Positions 10,017-20,211 of a stretch of DNA of 64,000 bases are shown here, piece by piece. Below the pieces are notes generated by a model. That model searched no databases, had not been told where the DNA came from, and saw only the letters and a list, made by a program, of their open reading frames with translations. Made by a program: the position numbers and the translations under genes. The DNA lies in NCBI GenBank assembly GCA_012523855.1, contig JAAYTB010000019.1:2105-66104 (forward strand), given 5' to 3'. The DNA is from Clostridia bacterium (GTDB lineage Bacteria > Bacillota > Clostridia > Clostridiales > Clostridiaceae). Numbering within the stretch: position 1 is the stretch's first letter; every line of letters begins with the position of its first letter.

Positions 10017-10664
10017 TTAACTTTCTTTGTCACTTTCTTCTTCATTTTTCTCGTCAACTTCCTCAAAATCTACAGTATATTTGTATACATTCTCTTCTGA
10101 ACTGTTGTCCTGTTTCATATTGTTTTCTTTGCTTTTCATTTTTCCTTTTATGTCCTCAGCCATATCGCTAATAACACCTTTAACTTCTTCTGCTACTCCA
10201 CCTAGTTTTTCTGAGAGATTTCCAAACTTGTCTTTAACATCTCCCATAGTATTCTTTATATATTTGTTCACTACTTCTACTGACCCATCTTCTTTAGTTA
10301 TTTCTACTGTCACTTTTGTAACAACAGCACTAACAACACCTATAGCCAATAGTGGTGCAGATAGCAAAGCTGTCAATCCTGTAACTGCTATACCTGCATT
10401 AACAGGTAGATCAACTAGAACATTGTCTTCTTTCTTAATTTTAATTCTAGTAACATTTCCCTTGTTAATTATGTCCTTAATCCAATTAATAAATTCTTCT
10501 TTAGTTTGGTAAAATACACCTTTGTTTTTTTTCTTGTTTTCAATAAAAACTAATGCATCAACTACATTTCCTTCACTGGCCTCTAGAGCTTCCTTTGCTT
10601 CTGTATAAGAAACTCCTGTTCTGTCTTTTACTAAGTCTACCTTCTCAAGAGTAATTTCACTCAT
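10017..10664 (-). CDS. DUF4342 protein with N-terminal UBA/EF-Ts-like helical domain
   Basis: EKVDLVKDRTGVSYTEAKEALEASEGNVVDAL, then KGNVTRIKIKK..DLPVNAG; acidic tail; start ATG 10664 (or 10673) overlaps the recO stop. Confidence 0.8.
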   Translation of the reverse strand: MSEITLEKVDLVKDRTGVSYTEAKEALEASEGNVVDALVFIENKKKNKGVFYQTKEEFINWIKDIINKGNVTRIKIKKEDNVLVDLPVNAGIAVTGLTALLSAPLLAIGVVSAVVTKVTVEITKEDGSVEVVNKYIKNTMGDVKDKFGNLSEKLGGVAEEVKGVISDMAEDIKGKMKSKENNMKQDNSSEENVYKYTVDFEEVDEKNEEESDKES

Positions 10665-11412
10665 TTTTTTCACTCTCCTTTATAAAATTAAGAATTTCTA
10701 AACTTTTAGGTGTTCTAGAATAGTTATTGACAATAAATAGTTTAAGCAAGTTCTCTAGTTCTTTTTTTATATCTTTAGGTATAGTCAATCTATATATTTT
10801 TTCTATTGAAATATTATTTAGCACTTTTAAAACCTTATAGGCAGCTTTACTTATTTTAAAACTCATGGCTTTAGGACATTCACTACAAACACCTCCATGA
10901 TACTGCAAGCTAATATATTCACTCTTATCTATCTTTTTTCTGCACATACTGCAATAATCAAAGTTTATTCCATAACCAGTGCACTTTAACAAATTCAATT
11001 CATAGACTCTAAGTAATGTATCTATATCCACCGCATTGCTATTAAGTAGATAAAAGGTACTAACAAAAACTTTATACAAATTTATATTACTTTCCTCATC
11101 TACAGTGGAAATATCAATGAGCTCACACAAATATGAAGCGTAAGTCAAAGTATCTAAGTCCTTCAAAAAGCCTTGAAAGGATTCAATAATCTTTCCTTCT
11201 GTTAATACATACATACTCTTAGATTTGAATACGGTATATTCACCAAAACAAAATGGTAGGGTAATAGAAAACAATTTACTTTTACTTTTTTTTGCCCCTT
11301 TTGCAATAGCAGATATCTTTCCTAGCTTATCGGTGTAAAGCCACACTATTTTGTCATTATCTCTATAATCATATACTTTTAGCACAACAGCTTTGCAATT
11401 AATTACCGCCAG
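10657..11412 (-). CDS. recO: DNA repair protein RecO (probable CTG start)
   Basis: OB-fold N-terminus (GKISAIAKGA), YASYLCELID, C-x2-C..C-x2-C zinc finger; follows era; in-frame extension to CTG 11412 after the SD. Confidence 0.93.
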   Translation of the reverse strand: MAVINCKAVVLKVYDYRDNDKIVWLYTDKLGKISAIAKGAKKSKSKLFSITLPFCFGEYTVFKSKSMYVLTEGKIIESFQGFLKDLDTLTYASYLCELIDISTVDEESNINLYKVFVSTFYLLNSNAVDIDTLLRVYELNLLKCTGYGINFDYCSMCRKKIDKSEYISLQYHGGVCSECPKAMSFKISKAAYKVLKVLNNISIEKIYRLTIPKDIKKELENLLKLFIVNNYSRTPKSLEILNFIKESEKNE

Positions 11413-11449
11413 AAAATCATCCCCTAGTTAAATCATAAAATTTAAGTTT

Positions 11450-12340
11450 CTATTTCTTTAGATTGTATCCTAAACTCTTTAAATATGCAGGGTTATCTCT
11501 CCATTCTTTTCTAACCTTTACCCAGATATTTAAACTTACCTTTGATCCTAAAAGCTTCTCTATGTCAGCCTTTGCAGCCTTCTTTATTCTTGAAAGCATC
11601 TTTCCTTCTTTTCCAATGATAATTCCCTTATGAGAATCTTTTTCACAGAGCATATTTACTTCTATATTTATTCTATTATTTTCATCTTTTTTAAATGAAA
11701 TTATATCCACTGCAATGCCATGAGGTACTTCTTCTGACAGAGACCTTAAAGCCTTTTCTCTTATGATCTCAGATATAATGAATCTTTCCTGCACATCTGC
11801 TACCATGTCTTCAGGATAATACATAGGACCTTGAGGAAGATTATCTACTATAAGCTCAAGTAGGGTATCAATATTTTTTCCCTTTAAGGCTGATATAGGA
11901 ATAAGCTCTTTAAAATCAAAATACTCACCATAAGTATATAAAGTTTTAGCCACTCTTTCCTGGGTGTTTTCATCTATTTTATTTAGTACTAGGAAAACTG
12001 GCTTGTTGATCCCCCTTAATTCTTCAAGAATCATGGAATCCCCTTTTCCAATTTCATCGTCAGGGTTTGTTAAAAACAATATGAGATCAACATTTTTCAA
12101 AGACTCCTTAGCGCTTTTAACCATAACCTCTCCAAGCTTATGTCGTGGTTTGTGCAAGCCAGGAGTATCTACAAATATAATTTGGTAATCTTCTTTAGTT
12201 AAAATAGTATGTATATTATTTCTGGTTGTCTGTGGCTTGTTTGACACAATAACCAGTTTTTCTCCCATTAACTTGTTTAGCAATGTAGACTTACCAACGT
12301 TTGGCCTACCTATAATTGTTACGTATCCTGATTTAAACAT
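11450..12340 (-). CDS. era: GTPase Era
   Basis: [18 protein letters not shown] domain (EEVPH..GIIIGK). Confidence 0.99.
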   Translation of the reverse strand: MFKSGYVTIIGRPNVGKSTLLNKLMGEKLVIVSNKPQTTRNNIHTILTKEDYQIIFVDTPGLHKPRHKLGEVMVKSAKESLKNVDLILFLTNPDDEIGKGDSMILEELRGINKPVFLVLNKIDENTQERVAKTLYTYGEYFDFKELIPISALKGKNIDTLLELIVDNLPQGPMYYPEDMVADVQERFIISEIIREKALRSLSEEVPHGIAVDIISFKKDENNRINIEVNMLCEKDSHKGIIIGKEGKMLSRIKKAAKADIEKLLGSKVSLNIWVKVRKEWRDNPAYLKSLGYNLKK

Positions 12341-12753
12341 TAGTCTATCTTCTCCTTATCCAGATCCTTTTTAGTAAAGGCCCCCGGCAAAATATCTTTT
12401 AATGTTACTACCTTATATTCCTTTTCACTTTTTGCTAATATTATTTCTATATTTTCATCCAAAGCAAACTCTACAATAACTTGCCTACATATACCGCAGG
12501 GATAGGTATAGTTGTTTAAATCTCCCACTACAGCCACAGCAGTAATAGTTCTAGATCCCTCGGATACTGCCTTAAATATGGCAGTTCTTTCAGCACAGTT
12601 TGTAGCACCATAAGAGGCGTTTTCAATGTTACAACCACTGTACACTTTGCCATCTTCAGTTAGGATGGCAGCTCCTACATTAAATTTTGAATATGGTGTA
12701 TAGGCTCTAGCCCTAGCTTCCATAGCTTCCTTTATTAATGTTTCGTATTTCAT
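12340..12753 (-). CDS. cdd: Cytidine deaminase
   Basis: [24 protein letters not shown]; start moved to ATG 12753. Confidence 0.97.
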   Translation of the reverse strand: MKYETLIKEAMEARARAYTPYSKFNVGAAILTEDGKVYSGCNIENASYGATNCAERTAIFKAVSEGSRTITAVAVVGDLNNYTYPCGICRQVIVEFALDENIEIILAKSEKEYKVVTLKDILPGAFTKKDLDKEKID

Positions 12754-12773
12754 ATTCACACCTCGTTGTTTAA

Positions 12774-12801
12774 ATTATAACACTAAATGAAATCTTTGCA
12801 A
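12774..12801 (-). promoter_or_regulatory. Candidate SigA promoter for cdd-era-recO
   Basis: TTGCAA-N16-TATAAT with extended -10 TG. Confidence 0.55.
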
Positions 12802-12812
12802 CTTATATAAAG

Positions 12813-13511
12813 CTAACTAAATATCCTGAATATAAACAAGGTTAATAAGGTTCCAAATAAGGCTCCTACAGTAACTTCCAGTATGGAATGGGTCTCTGAA
12901 TCTACTCTACTTTGCGCCACAATAAAGGCCAATAAATAACTCAACATTATACATAGGGGTTCCTCAGTAATTAAGGCTATAATAGTAGCTATAGAGAAGG
13001 AAATAGTACTGTGGCCGCTAGGCATACCTCCTCGAAGGGGTGTTCCTTCCCCATAGATCGCCTTAACTACTATGGTAGCTATACAAACTATCACTAAGAC
13101 TAATAAAATCATATAAGGGTTAGACTGCTTAATTTTAGTGATAACTACAAAGGTTATGTCTGTAAGCTTATCCCAAAAGATTACGTATCCTACGATAACA
13201 GCGTTAATAGCGGTTACTAACACTGCGCCTGCAGCAGTATTCTTAGCTATCTTAGCTAGAGGATGATAATAGTTTGTAGTGGCATCTATGGCACTTTCCA
13301 CTGCTGTATTTATTAGTTCCGCCATAATAACCATTGTTATAGTTATTGCTATAATTAGTAATTCTATTTTATTAAGATCGTAAAAGAAACATGCGGTCAA
13401 TACGCATAAGGCCACAGCCATATGTATCCTCATATTTCTTTGTGTCCTTACTGCATATATTATTCCCTCAATGGCATAATTAAAACTATCTACAAGCTTT
13501 TTAATTTTCAT
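12813..13511 (-). CDS. dgkA: Undecaprenol/diacylglycerol kinase (DgkA family) fused to a PAP2-like domain
   Basis: SFNYAIEG, RNMRIH, ELINTAVE.AID, AKNTAAGAV; C-terminal PSGH and SRV..H PAP2 motifs. Confidence 0.9.
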   Translation of the reverse strand: MKIKKLVDSFNYAIEGIIYAVRTQRNMRIHMAVALCVLTACFFYDLNKIELLIIAITITMVIMAELINTAVESAIDATTNYYHPLAKIAKNTAAGAVLVTAINAVIVGYVIFWDKLTDITFVVITKIKQSNPYMILLVLVIVCIATIVVKAIYGEGTPLRGGMPSGHSTISFSIATIIALITEEPLCIMLSYLLAFIVAQSRVDSETHSILEVTVGALFGTLLTLFIFRIFS

Positions 13512-13527
13512 AGTATCTCCTTATACA

Positions 13528-14031
13528 TCAATCTCTAGAAATATTAAAACTGGACAATATATATTCTTCTCTTTCCCTCATTCTTTCCTTATCCTGGTCA
13601 TTCATGTGATCATAACCTAAAAGATGCAAAATTGAATGTATAATTAAATAGGATATCTCTCTTTTAAATGTATGCCCATATTCTATACTTTGTTCCTTTG
13701 CTTTTTCTAAAGAAAGAACAATATCACCTAGGACAATCTCCCCTTGATCTAACATACTCTCATGAAAGTTATTGTTTTCATATACTTCTTTAAAAACTTT
13801 ACCCTGAGGATAGTCCAAAAGAGGAAAAGACAAAACATCTGTAACCTTATCAATTTCTCTATATTTCCTATTGATATCTTTAATCTCTTCATTATCTACC
13901 AATAGAACACTAACCTGATAATCACGATTTACCCCTTCTTCTTTTAATGCAAAATCAATGACCTTTCTAATATTCTCTTCTTTATCCTCAGTCCAATTAA
14001 TTTGAGTTTGTGTATTTTCAATGTATATCAT
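13528..14031 (-). CDS. ybeY: rRNA maturation endoribonuclease YbeY
   Basis: [23 protein letters not shown] zinc motif. Confidence 0.97.
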   Translation of the reverse strand: MIYIENTQTQINWTEDKEENIRKVIDFALKEEGVNRDYQVSVLLVDNEEIKDINRKYREIDKVTDVLSFPLLDYPQGKVFKEVYENNNFHESMLDQGEIVLGDIVLSLEKAKEQSIEYGHTFKREISYLIIHSILHLLGYDHMNDQDKERMREREEYILSSFNISRD

Positions 14032-16111
14032 TCTTATTCCCCTCAGCTTTTAACATTCTTTTGTCTTCTGGATATTCTATTCTTTGATGATACATACCAG
14101 TTAAGGTTTTTAGGAAAGCTTTCTTAATTTTTTCTAAATCTAAAAAGGTTAAATTACAGCCATTTAACTGGCCATCATTAAGTTTATCTTTAAATATATT
14201 ATCAACCATAGTTTTAACAGCTTCACTAGAGCGATCCTTCATGGACCTTACTGCTGCTTCTGTGCTGTCTGCTAGCATTATTATTGCTGCTTCCTTACTG
14301 CTAGGGATTGGGCCAGCATATCTGAAATCCTCTTCCTTTACATCCTCTTCATTTTCCGCTGAATTTTTCGCCGTAATATAGAAATACTTAACCAGGGTAT
14401 TTCCATGGTGTTGCTGTATTATTTCTTGGATGCTAAGAGGTAATTTATAGTCTTTGGCCAGCTGAACCCCGTCTTTAACATGGGAAATAATAATTAAAGC
14501 ACTTAAATTTGCAGCTATCTTATCGTGGGGATTTTCTGCCCCCATTTGGTTTTCTTTAAAAAAGTATGGTCTTTTAATTTTTCCTATATCATGATAATAG
14601 GCCCCTACCCTTGCCAAGGCAGAATTTGCTCCTACTTCATCTGCTGCCACTTCTGCAAGGTTTGCTACTAATATGCTATGATAGTAGGTCCCTGGTGCTT
14701 CTACTAGTAATCTTCTTAAGAGAGGCTGATTAGCATTTGCCAGTTCAAGAAGCTTCATGACAGTTACTATGTTGAAGGTAACCTCAAAGAAAGGTAGTAG
14801 TCCGATAGTTAATACTACTGAGGTTATGCTTCCTACTGCTGTGAAACCACCTCTCTTTAATACTTCTACAAAATTATTACTTAATATAGTTCCTATACTC
14901 AAGATACATATAGTATTTACAATTATTATGATTATAGTTGAATAAAAAATATTGTTCCTGTTCTGGACCTTTTTCAAAACTATAGATCCCATAACTGTAT
15001 TAACTATAGCTAAGATAATAGCTTCCACATTAAAACCTAAACTACAGCTAAGCAGTATTATATTTAAAGTATTGATTACTAATGACACCTTATAATTTAC
15101 CAGCAATGTCATTAGAAGCGGCACTGCAGTAAATGGAATTAAAAACGGTGATGCTATACCTATTATTCTTGCCAAAATCACAGAAATACAATTCAATCCA
15201 CTTATTAAAATTAAGGTTTTATTGTTCTTATATATGGACTTAGAAAACCGATATAAATAATACCACTGCAGGATCATTACACCAAAGATAAGAACTCCTA
15301 AGCTTAAGTACAATCGCCACTGAATTAAAGAGTTATCGTTTAACAAGCCTAATTCTTTTAAGACCTCTATTTGATTGTCCGTAACTGGCTCCCCATACTT
15401 AACAATTAACTGATCCTTTTTTATTATAACTGGATCCACATGTTTCAAAGCTTCATTCTCTAGCTTCTCAGTTGCTTTTTCATCTAGGAAGAAATTAGCT
15501 TTAACAAAATTCTTGCTTTGAACTATAGAGCTAGCAATGGCCTTTAATTTCTGTGATAAATTTGTTTTATCCAACTTGTTTAATATATCATTAACAGCAT
15601 TTTGCAAATCTTCGTTATTATTTTCTATATTACTTTTGTCATAAACCTCACTTATAGCTGAAACCAAAGTATTTTGTAGTTCCTTTTGCTCATCATCAGT
15701 CAAGTCTAACAATTTCATATACAGTTCGTTGTCTAATTTTATATTTGTTCTACTTTTCAACTGACTTATTTTAAAATTATTATCACTGGCAGATCCCGAT
15801 AAATCTTTAAGAGTTACAAAAAGTAGATCCACACTATCTATAATTTTACTTTTAGCTTCATTGTCCTTTGTATACTGGGGATTAATACTGTCTCTTACTT
15901 GCTGGTACTTTTCTTCTGTAGCTATTTTATCCTGAACTTCTCTTGGTGCCTTAATATCGTCTTTAGCTATATCTCCAGCCTCCAAGCTATACTTAGGCGA
16001 AATCAAGGAGGTTATCAATGTAAAAAACAATACAATAAATGTTAATATAAAAACACTTATCTTATTTATAGCATTTAGTTTATCCTTTTTCCTCTTTTTT
16101 TGTAGCTTCAT
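14018..16111 (-). CDS. pgpH: 7TM-HD phosphohydrolase (YqfF/PgpH-like c-di-AMP phosphodiesterase)
   Basis: Extracellular 7TM-HDED region, seven TMs, [30 protein letters not shown]. Confidence 0.9.
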   Translation of the reverse strand: MKLQKKRKKDKLNAINKISVFILTFIVLFFTLITSLISPKYSLEAGDIAKDDIKAPREVQDKIATEEKYQQVRDSINPQYTKDNEAKSKIIDSVDLLFVTLKDLSGSASDNNFKISQLKSRTNIKLDNELYMKLLDLTDDEQKELQNTLVSAISEVYDKSNIENNNEDLQNAVNDILNKLDKTNLSQKLKAIASSIVQSKNFVKANFFLDEKATEKLENEALKHVDPVIIKKDQLIVKYGEPVTDNQIEVLKELGLLNDNSLIQWRLYLSLGVLIFGVMILQWYYLYRFSKSIYKNNKTLILISGLNCISVILARIIGIASPFLIPFTAVPLLMTLLVNYKVSLVINTLNIILLSCSLGFNVEAIILAIVNTVMGSIVLKKVQNRNNIFYSTIIIIIVNTICILSIGTILSNNFVEVLKRGGFTAVGSITSVVLTIGLLPFFEVTFNIVTVMKLLELANANQPLLRRLLVEAPGTYYHSILVANLAEVAADEVGANSALARVGAYYHDIGKIKRPYFFKENQMGAENPHDKIAANLSALIIISHVKDGVQLAKDYKLPLSIQEIIQQHHGNTLVKYFYITAKNSAENEEDVKEEDFRYAGPIPSSKEAAIIMLADSTEAAVRSMKDRSSEAVKTMVDNIFKDKLNDGQLNGCNLTFLDLEKIKKAFLKTLTGMYHQRIEYPEDKRMLKAEGNKNDIH

Positions 16112-16139
16112 TTTTTCACCTTCTCTTGCTTTCTATTTT

Positions 16140-17276
16140 TTATTCAAGGGCTTCTTGTGTAGCTATATCCATTTCTACTACAAAGACTACTCTAACCTTT
16201 AATTTTTCCCCCTTTACTTCCTTTTCCACTGTTTTATCTATAAGTTTAGCAGATTTATCAAAGGATTCCATAGTTTTTTTAAGAAACTCCTGGCAAGCTT
16301 CATCTGCAACTTCCTGGGGATTCAGGTCAAAGTATATAGTTTTCATTTCATTATAAATTTCATATTTGATATGTCCTTTATTATCTAATATTTTATCATA
16401 GTTGGTAAATTTATTTAAACTTTTTTTAAGATATATTTTTTTTCCTAGAAGTTCTATGTATAAATTTGTAATTTTATTGCCTGTTTTCTCAGATCGTTGG
16501 CCTTTAATCTGAATTTCTTTCTCATGTTCATGAAAAGTTTTAGCTATTACTTTCCCCTTAGCATGCACTGGATATGTTGCCCCTTCTTTCCCTTGTTCTC
16601 CCTTAATAATCACTTGTCCTTTCTTAACTATATCACCAGCTTCCACCATAGGTGTTCCTGCAGTTGAAAATATCTCTATAACTTGTCCGTCCATTCCAGC
16701 AACTATATCACAGATTTCATTTTCTTCCACAATTTCTGGAGGTGGTACACGTTCTCCCACTGCAATTTTTAAAGTTGAGCCTTCAATTCTAGCCCTAAAA
16801 TACATTATATTATCAGTATCCTTTAACATTCTGTCCTCTAAGGCTCTAAAATCAACCTTTCTTTTTGAAATACCAGGTTTGATACCATAACTGTATAGCT
16901 TTTGTCGGATTTCATAAGGACTTAAATACTTATCTGATTCTATTTCTATTGACCAGATAAAAGTAGAAAGAAAGAGCATTACTCCTAGAAAAAACACAGC
17001 TCCCCCTAATAGGGATAAATTCTTTTTTATTAAAAATAAATAAAAAAGGGCACCTCGCCTTCTTGAAATACTTAATTTAGTGTCTGTCTTTCTACATATT
17101 TCTTTTATCTCATCGTAGTCCTTCCAATCAATCTCCATAACCATTGTGCTTATATCTATTCTAGTAATTTTTCTAACCTTAATTTTGTTTTTCCAGAACA
17201 AGTTTATAATTCTTTCAGGAGCTATTGCTTGAATTTTAATCTCAACAACACCATTAGCATATTTCCCTAAACTCAT
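16140..17276 (-). CDS. yqfD: Sporulation protein YqfD
   Basis: FLSTFIWSIEI, DIVAGMDG, G.P.V..GD.V.KGQ..I.G; follows yqfC. Confidence 0.93.
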   Translation of the reverse strand: MSLGKYANGVVEIKIQAIAPERIINLFWKNKIKVRKITRIDISTMVMEIDWKDYDEIKEICRKTDTKLSISRRRGALFYLFLIKKNLSLLGGAVFFLGVMLFLSTFIWSIEIESDKYLSPYEIRQKLYSYGIKPGISKRKVDFRALEDRMLKDTDNIMYFRARIEGSTLKIAVGERVPPPEIVEENEICDIVAGMDGQVIEIFSTAGTPMVEAGDIVKKGQVIIKGEQGKEGATYPVHAKGKVIAKTFHEHEKEIQIKGQRSEKTGNKITNLYIELLGKKIYLKKSLNKFTNYDKILDNKGHIKYEIYNEMKTIYFDLNPQEVADEACQEFLKKTMESFDKSAKLIDKTVEKEVKGEKLKVRVVFVVEMDIATQEALE

Positions 17277-17560
17277 AGCAAACCCCTCTCATAATTAATT
17301 GTTTTAAATTTACCACTTATGGTCATAGTGCTGCCACCTAAATATAAAATTTCAAACTCCTCTCCAATAATGGATATTAAACCCACATTAGAATTTACTC
17401 TAACTTCTTTATCACCAAAAAAAACTATACCCTTATGATTTTCTATTGTGATTTCATTATTTCCTATGATACTTATCTTAGGTATATTTAACATTATATC
17501 TCTTGGCAGATCTAATTGGTCTGCAAGACTTTCCTTAGCCTTATTTATCTTGTCCTCCAC
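17273..17560 (-). CDS. yqfC: Sporulation protein YqfC (YabP family)
   Basis: LDLPRDI, IENHKGI, GEEFEILY; GTG start; 4-nt overlap with yqfD. Confidence 0.93.
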   Translation of the reverse strand: MEDKINKAKESLADQLDLPRDIMLNIPKISIIGNNEITIENHKGIVFFGDKEVRVNSNVGLISIIGEEFEILYLGGSTMTISGKFKTINYERGLL

Positions 17561-17590
17561 AATTTCACCTCAAAAATTACTTTCATACTA

Positions 17591-17619
17591 ATTTATGAAA
17601 TATAGGTAAAATAAATGAC
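17591..17619 (-). promoter_or_regulatory. Candidate SigE promoter of yqfC-yqfD
   Basis: GTCATTT-N15-CATAAAT resembles the SigE consensus; yqfCD is SigE-dependent in B. subtilis. Confidence 0.55.
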
Positions 17620-17693
17620 TATACAGTATAGTTAGCTGGTGTAGAATTAAAATTGCAACCACTCTAGCCTATATAAGCTAGACAAAAAATAAG

Positions 17694-17721
17694 AAAGGAA
17701 TACCCATATGGATATTCCTTT
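17694..17721 (-). terminator. Hairpin after rpsU-yqeY
   Basis: AAAGGAATA-N10-TATTCCTTT flanked by A/T tracts. Confidence 0.55.
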
Positions 17722-17731
17722 TTGTACTTTA

Positions 17732-18181
17732 TTATTTACTTAAATGTTCTTTAACTATGGTACTAACTACCTTGCCATCAGCCCGACCTTTAGTTCTGTC
17801 GATGACTGCAGCCATTAATCTTCCCATGTCCTTCATGCTATTTGCCCCAACTTCTGTGGCTGTTACACGTACTATTTCATATATTTCATCTTCACTTAGC
17901 TGCTGAGGAAGGTAACTTAGCAAAATCTCAATTTCGGCATTAGCCTTATCTATAAGATCTTGTCTGTTTCCTTTTTCAAATTCGGTAATGGCTTCTCGCC
18001 TCTGTTTTACTTCCCTAGCTAAAATTTCAATGATAGCTTCATCATCAACACTAGTAGCCCCTTGATTTTTTTCCGCCATCAAAACAGCCGCTCTAGCAGT
18101 GCTGATAGTATCCGCTCTGAATTTATCCTTAGCCTTTAAAGCCTTCTTCCAATCTTCCTGAAGTCTTTCTTTAAGTGCCAT
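17732..18181 (-). CDS. yqeY: GatB/YqeY domain protein
   Basis: KQRREAITEFEKGNRQDL, LPQQLSE, MKDMGRLM, GRADGK; start moved to ATG 18181. Confidence 0.95.
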   Translation of the reverse strand: MALKERLQEDWKKALKAKDKFRADTISTARAAVLMAEKNQGATSVDDEAIIEILAREVKQRREAITEFEKGNRQDLIDKANAEIEILLSYLPQQLSEDEIYEIVRVTATEVGANSMKDMGRLMAAVIDRTKGRADGKVVSTIVKEHLSK

Positions 18182-18205
18182 ATTAGTCCCTTCTTTCAAA
18201 GAGTT

Positions 18206-18382
18206 CTATTTAAATTTTCTTTTTCTTGCTGCTTCAGATTTTTTCTTTCTCTTTACACTTGGCTTTTCGTAATGCTCTCTTTTTCTAACTTCAGAAAGAA
18301 CACCAGCCCTTGCGCATTTTCTCTTAAATCTTCTTAAAGCACTTTCAAGAGTTTCATTTTCTCCAACCTTAATTTCTGACAT
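18206..18382 (-). CDS. rpsU: 30S ribosomal protein S21 (58 aa)
   Basis: Below the ORF-track cutoff; hand translation [58 protein letters not shown]; SD GGAGGGAGG. Confidence 0.98.
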   Translation of the reverse strand: MSEIKVGENETLESALRRFKRKCARAGVLSEVRKREHYEKPSVKRKKKSEAARKRKFK

Positions 18383-18458
18383 CTATTATCCCTCCCTCCG
18401 CTAGCTATATCTTATCAAATAATAAAATTAGCCTTTGGGTACAAATAACACAGTGAAT

Positions 18459-18488
18459 ATTATACCTTATATCCTCAGGTACTGTCAA
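18459..18488 (-). promoter_or_regulatory. SigA promoter of rpsU-yqeY
   Basis: TTGACA-N18-TATAAT, both hexamers perfect. Confidence 0.7.
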
Positions 18489-18531
18489 GATTTTCATCAA
18501 CTTTGCACCCTATTATAAGTTACTTTTTTTG

Positions 18532-18885
18532 TTAGCCTGGAGGCCATGTTAATGATCTTCCTCCTAGCAGATGATAATGCAAATGCATTACGGTCTGGCC
18601 TGCCTTTTCACCACAGTTGTTAACAAGCCTGTAACCATCTTCAGCAATACCAAGGTTTTTTGCTATTTCCTTTGCTGCAAGAAATATTTCTCCTATTATA
18701 TTTACATCTTCTTTTTCTATATTATTAACGCTACTAATATGCTTCCTCGGTATAATAAGTATATGCACCGGTGCTACAGGATTTGTATCCTTAAAGGCTA
18801 ACACATTTGCACTTTCATAAATTTTTTCAGAAGGAATTTCTCCATTTGTTATTTTACAAAAAATACAATCTGCCAACACAGTCAC
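18532..18885 (-). CDS. Histidine triad nucleotide-binding (HIT) protein
   Basis: DCIFCKI, P.APVHILIIP, HLHYHLLGG; true start probably GTG 18879 or TTG 18876. Confidence 0.95.
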   Translation of the reverse strand: MTVLADCIFCKITNGEIPSEKIYESANVLAFKDTNPVAPVHILIIPRKHISSVNNIEKEDVNIIGEIFLAAKEIAKNLGIAEDGYRLVNNCGEKAGQTVMHLHYHLLGGRSLTWPPG

Positions 18886-18900
18886 CTCCTCTATACCATA

Positions 18901-20211
18901 TTATAACTCTACTGATTCCCCATATGCAAACTCTTCTTCAAGCTTTACTAATTTTGTCTTAATTATCTTTCCAACTACATCTTCATTTTCCAAGGCTGTT
19001 ACCACTTTTATGTAGTTTGGAGTGTAGCCCTCATAGTAGCCCTTATCCTTTGAAGATTCTTGTTCATATAGAACTTCCATCTCCCTGCCAATGAATTTTT
19101 CTATAAAAGCCTTTTCATTTTCATTATTTAAGCTGATAAGCTCAGCACTTCTTCTTTCCTTTTCTGACCCTGTTACATTATCTTTAAGTTTAACCGCTGC
19201 AGTACCTTTTCTAGGACTGTACTTAAATACATGAGTTTTTGTTAGCTTGATATTTTTAAGGAAGTTATAAGTTTCTGTAAACTCCTCTTCTGTTTCACCT
19301 GGAAAACCTACGATTACATCTGTAGTTATAGATACATCCGGAATACGCTTCCTTAATTCTGTGACTATATTTAAATATTCCTCTGCAGTATAGCGCCTAT
19401 TCATTCTTTTTAAGGTAGCATTGGATCCACTTTGTAAGGATAAATGGAAATGGGGACATAATTTTTTAAGCTTGCTTATTCTATCCATGACCCCTTCTGT
19501 AAAGAAGGTTGGATCTATAGAGCCAATTCTTATTCTCTCTATGCCTTCTACTTCATTAATTTTTTCTAGAATATCCACCAAGCTTATATCTTCATCTAGA
19601 TCCACACCGTAGGAAGCAATGTGAATTCCAGATAAGATTATTTCCTTAAAGCCATGTTTAGCTAGTTCCTTAACTTCTTCAATAACCTTGTCAGGACTTT
19701 TGCTACACACACCACCACGGGCATAGGGAATTAAGCAGTAGGAACAAAATCTGTTACAGCCATCTTGAATCTTTAAAAAGGCCCTTGTTCTATCCTGGTA
19801 GGTTTCTATACTAAGCTCCTCAAATACCTTGTTCCTAAGTACATCCTTTACCTCTACTACCTTACTCTTTTCTTCCCTTGCTCTATTAACCCAGTATACA
19901 ATATACCCCTTGTTTCTACTACCTAACACTACGTCTACACCTTCAATAGAGGAAACTTCATCTGGTGCCACTTGTGAATAGCAGCCTACTACTGCGATTA
20001 CAGCATTATTATTCAGCCTTCTAGCACGGCCAATCATCTGCCTTGACTTTCTATCTCCCATATTAGTAACGGTGCAAGTATTTATAACATAAACATCTGA
20101 GTATTCATCAAATTTTACTATTTCATATCCATCTTTTATAAATTTTTCAGCCATGGCTTCAGATTCATACTGATTAACTCTGCAGCCCAAGGTGGCAAAC
20201 GCTACCTTCAT
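18901..20211 (-). CDS. mtaB: tRNA t6A37 methylthiotransferase MtaB
   Basis: TLGCRVNQYESE, INTCTVT, radical SAM CNRFCSYC, YSPRKGT; follows rsmE. Confidence 0.96.
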   Translation of the reverse strand: MKVAFATLGCRVNQYESEAMAEKFIKDGYEIVKFDEYSDVYVINTCTVTNMGDRKSRQMIGRARRLNNNAVIAVVGCYSQVAPDEVSSIEGVDVVLGSRNKGYIVYWVNRAREEKSKVVEVKDVLRNKVFEELSIETYQDRTRAFLKIQDGCNRFCSYCLIPYARGGVCSKSPDKVIEEVKELAKHGFKEIILSGIHIASYGVDLDEDISLVDILEKINEVEGIERIRIGSIDPTFFTEGVMDRISKLKKLCPHFHLSLQSGSNATLKRMNRRYTAEEYLNIVTELRKRIPDVSITTDVIVGFPGETEEEFTETYNFLKNIKLTKTHVFKYSPRKGTAAVKLKDNVTGSEKERRSAELISLNNENEKAFIEKFIGREMEVLYEQESSKDKGYYEGYTPNYIKVVTALENEDVVGKIIKTKLVKLEEEFAYGESVEL

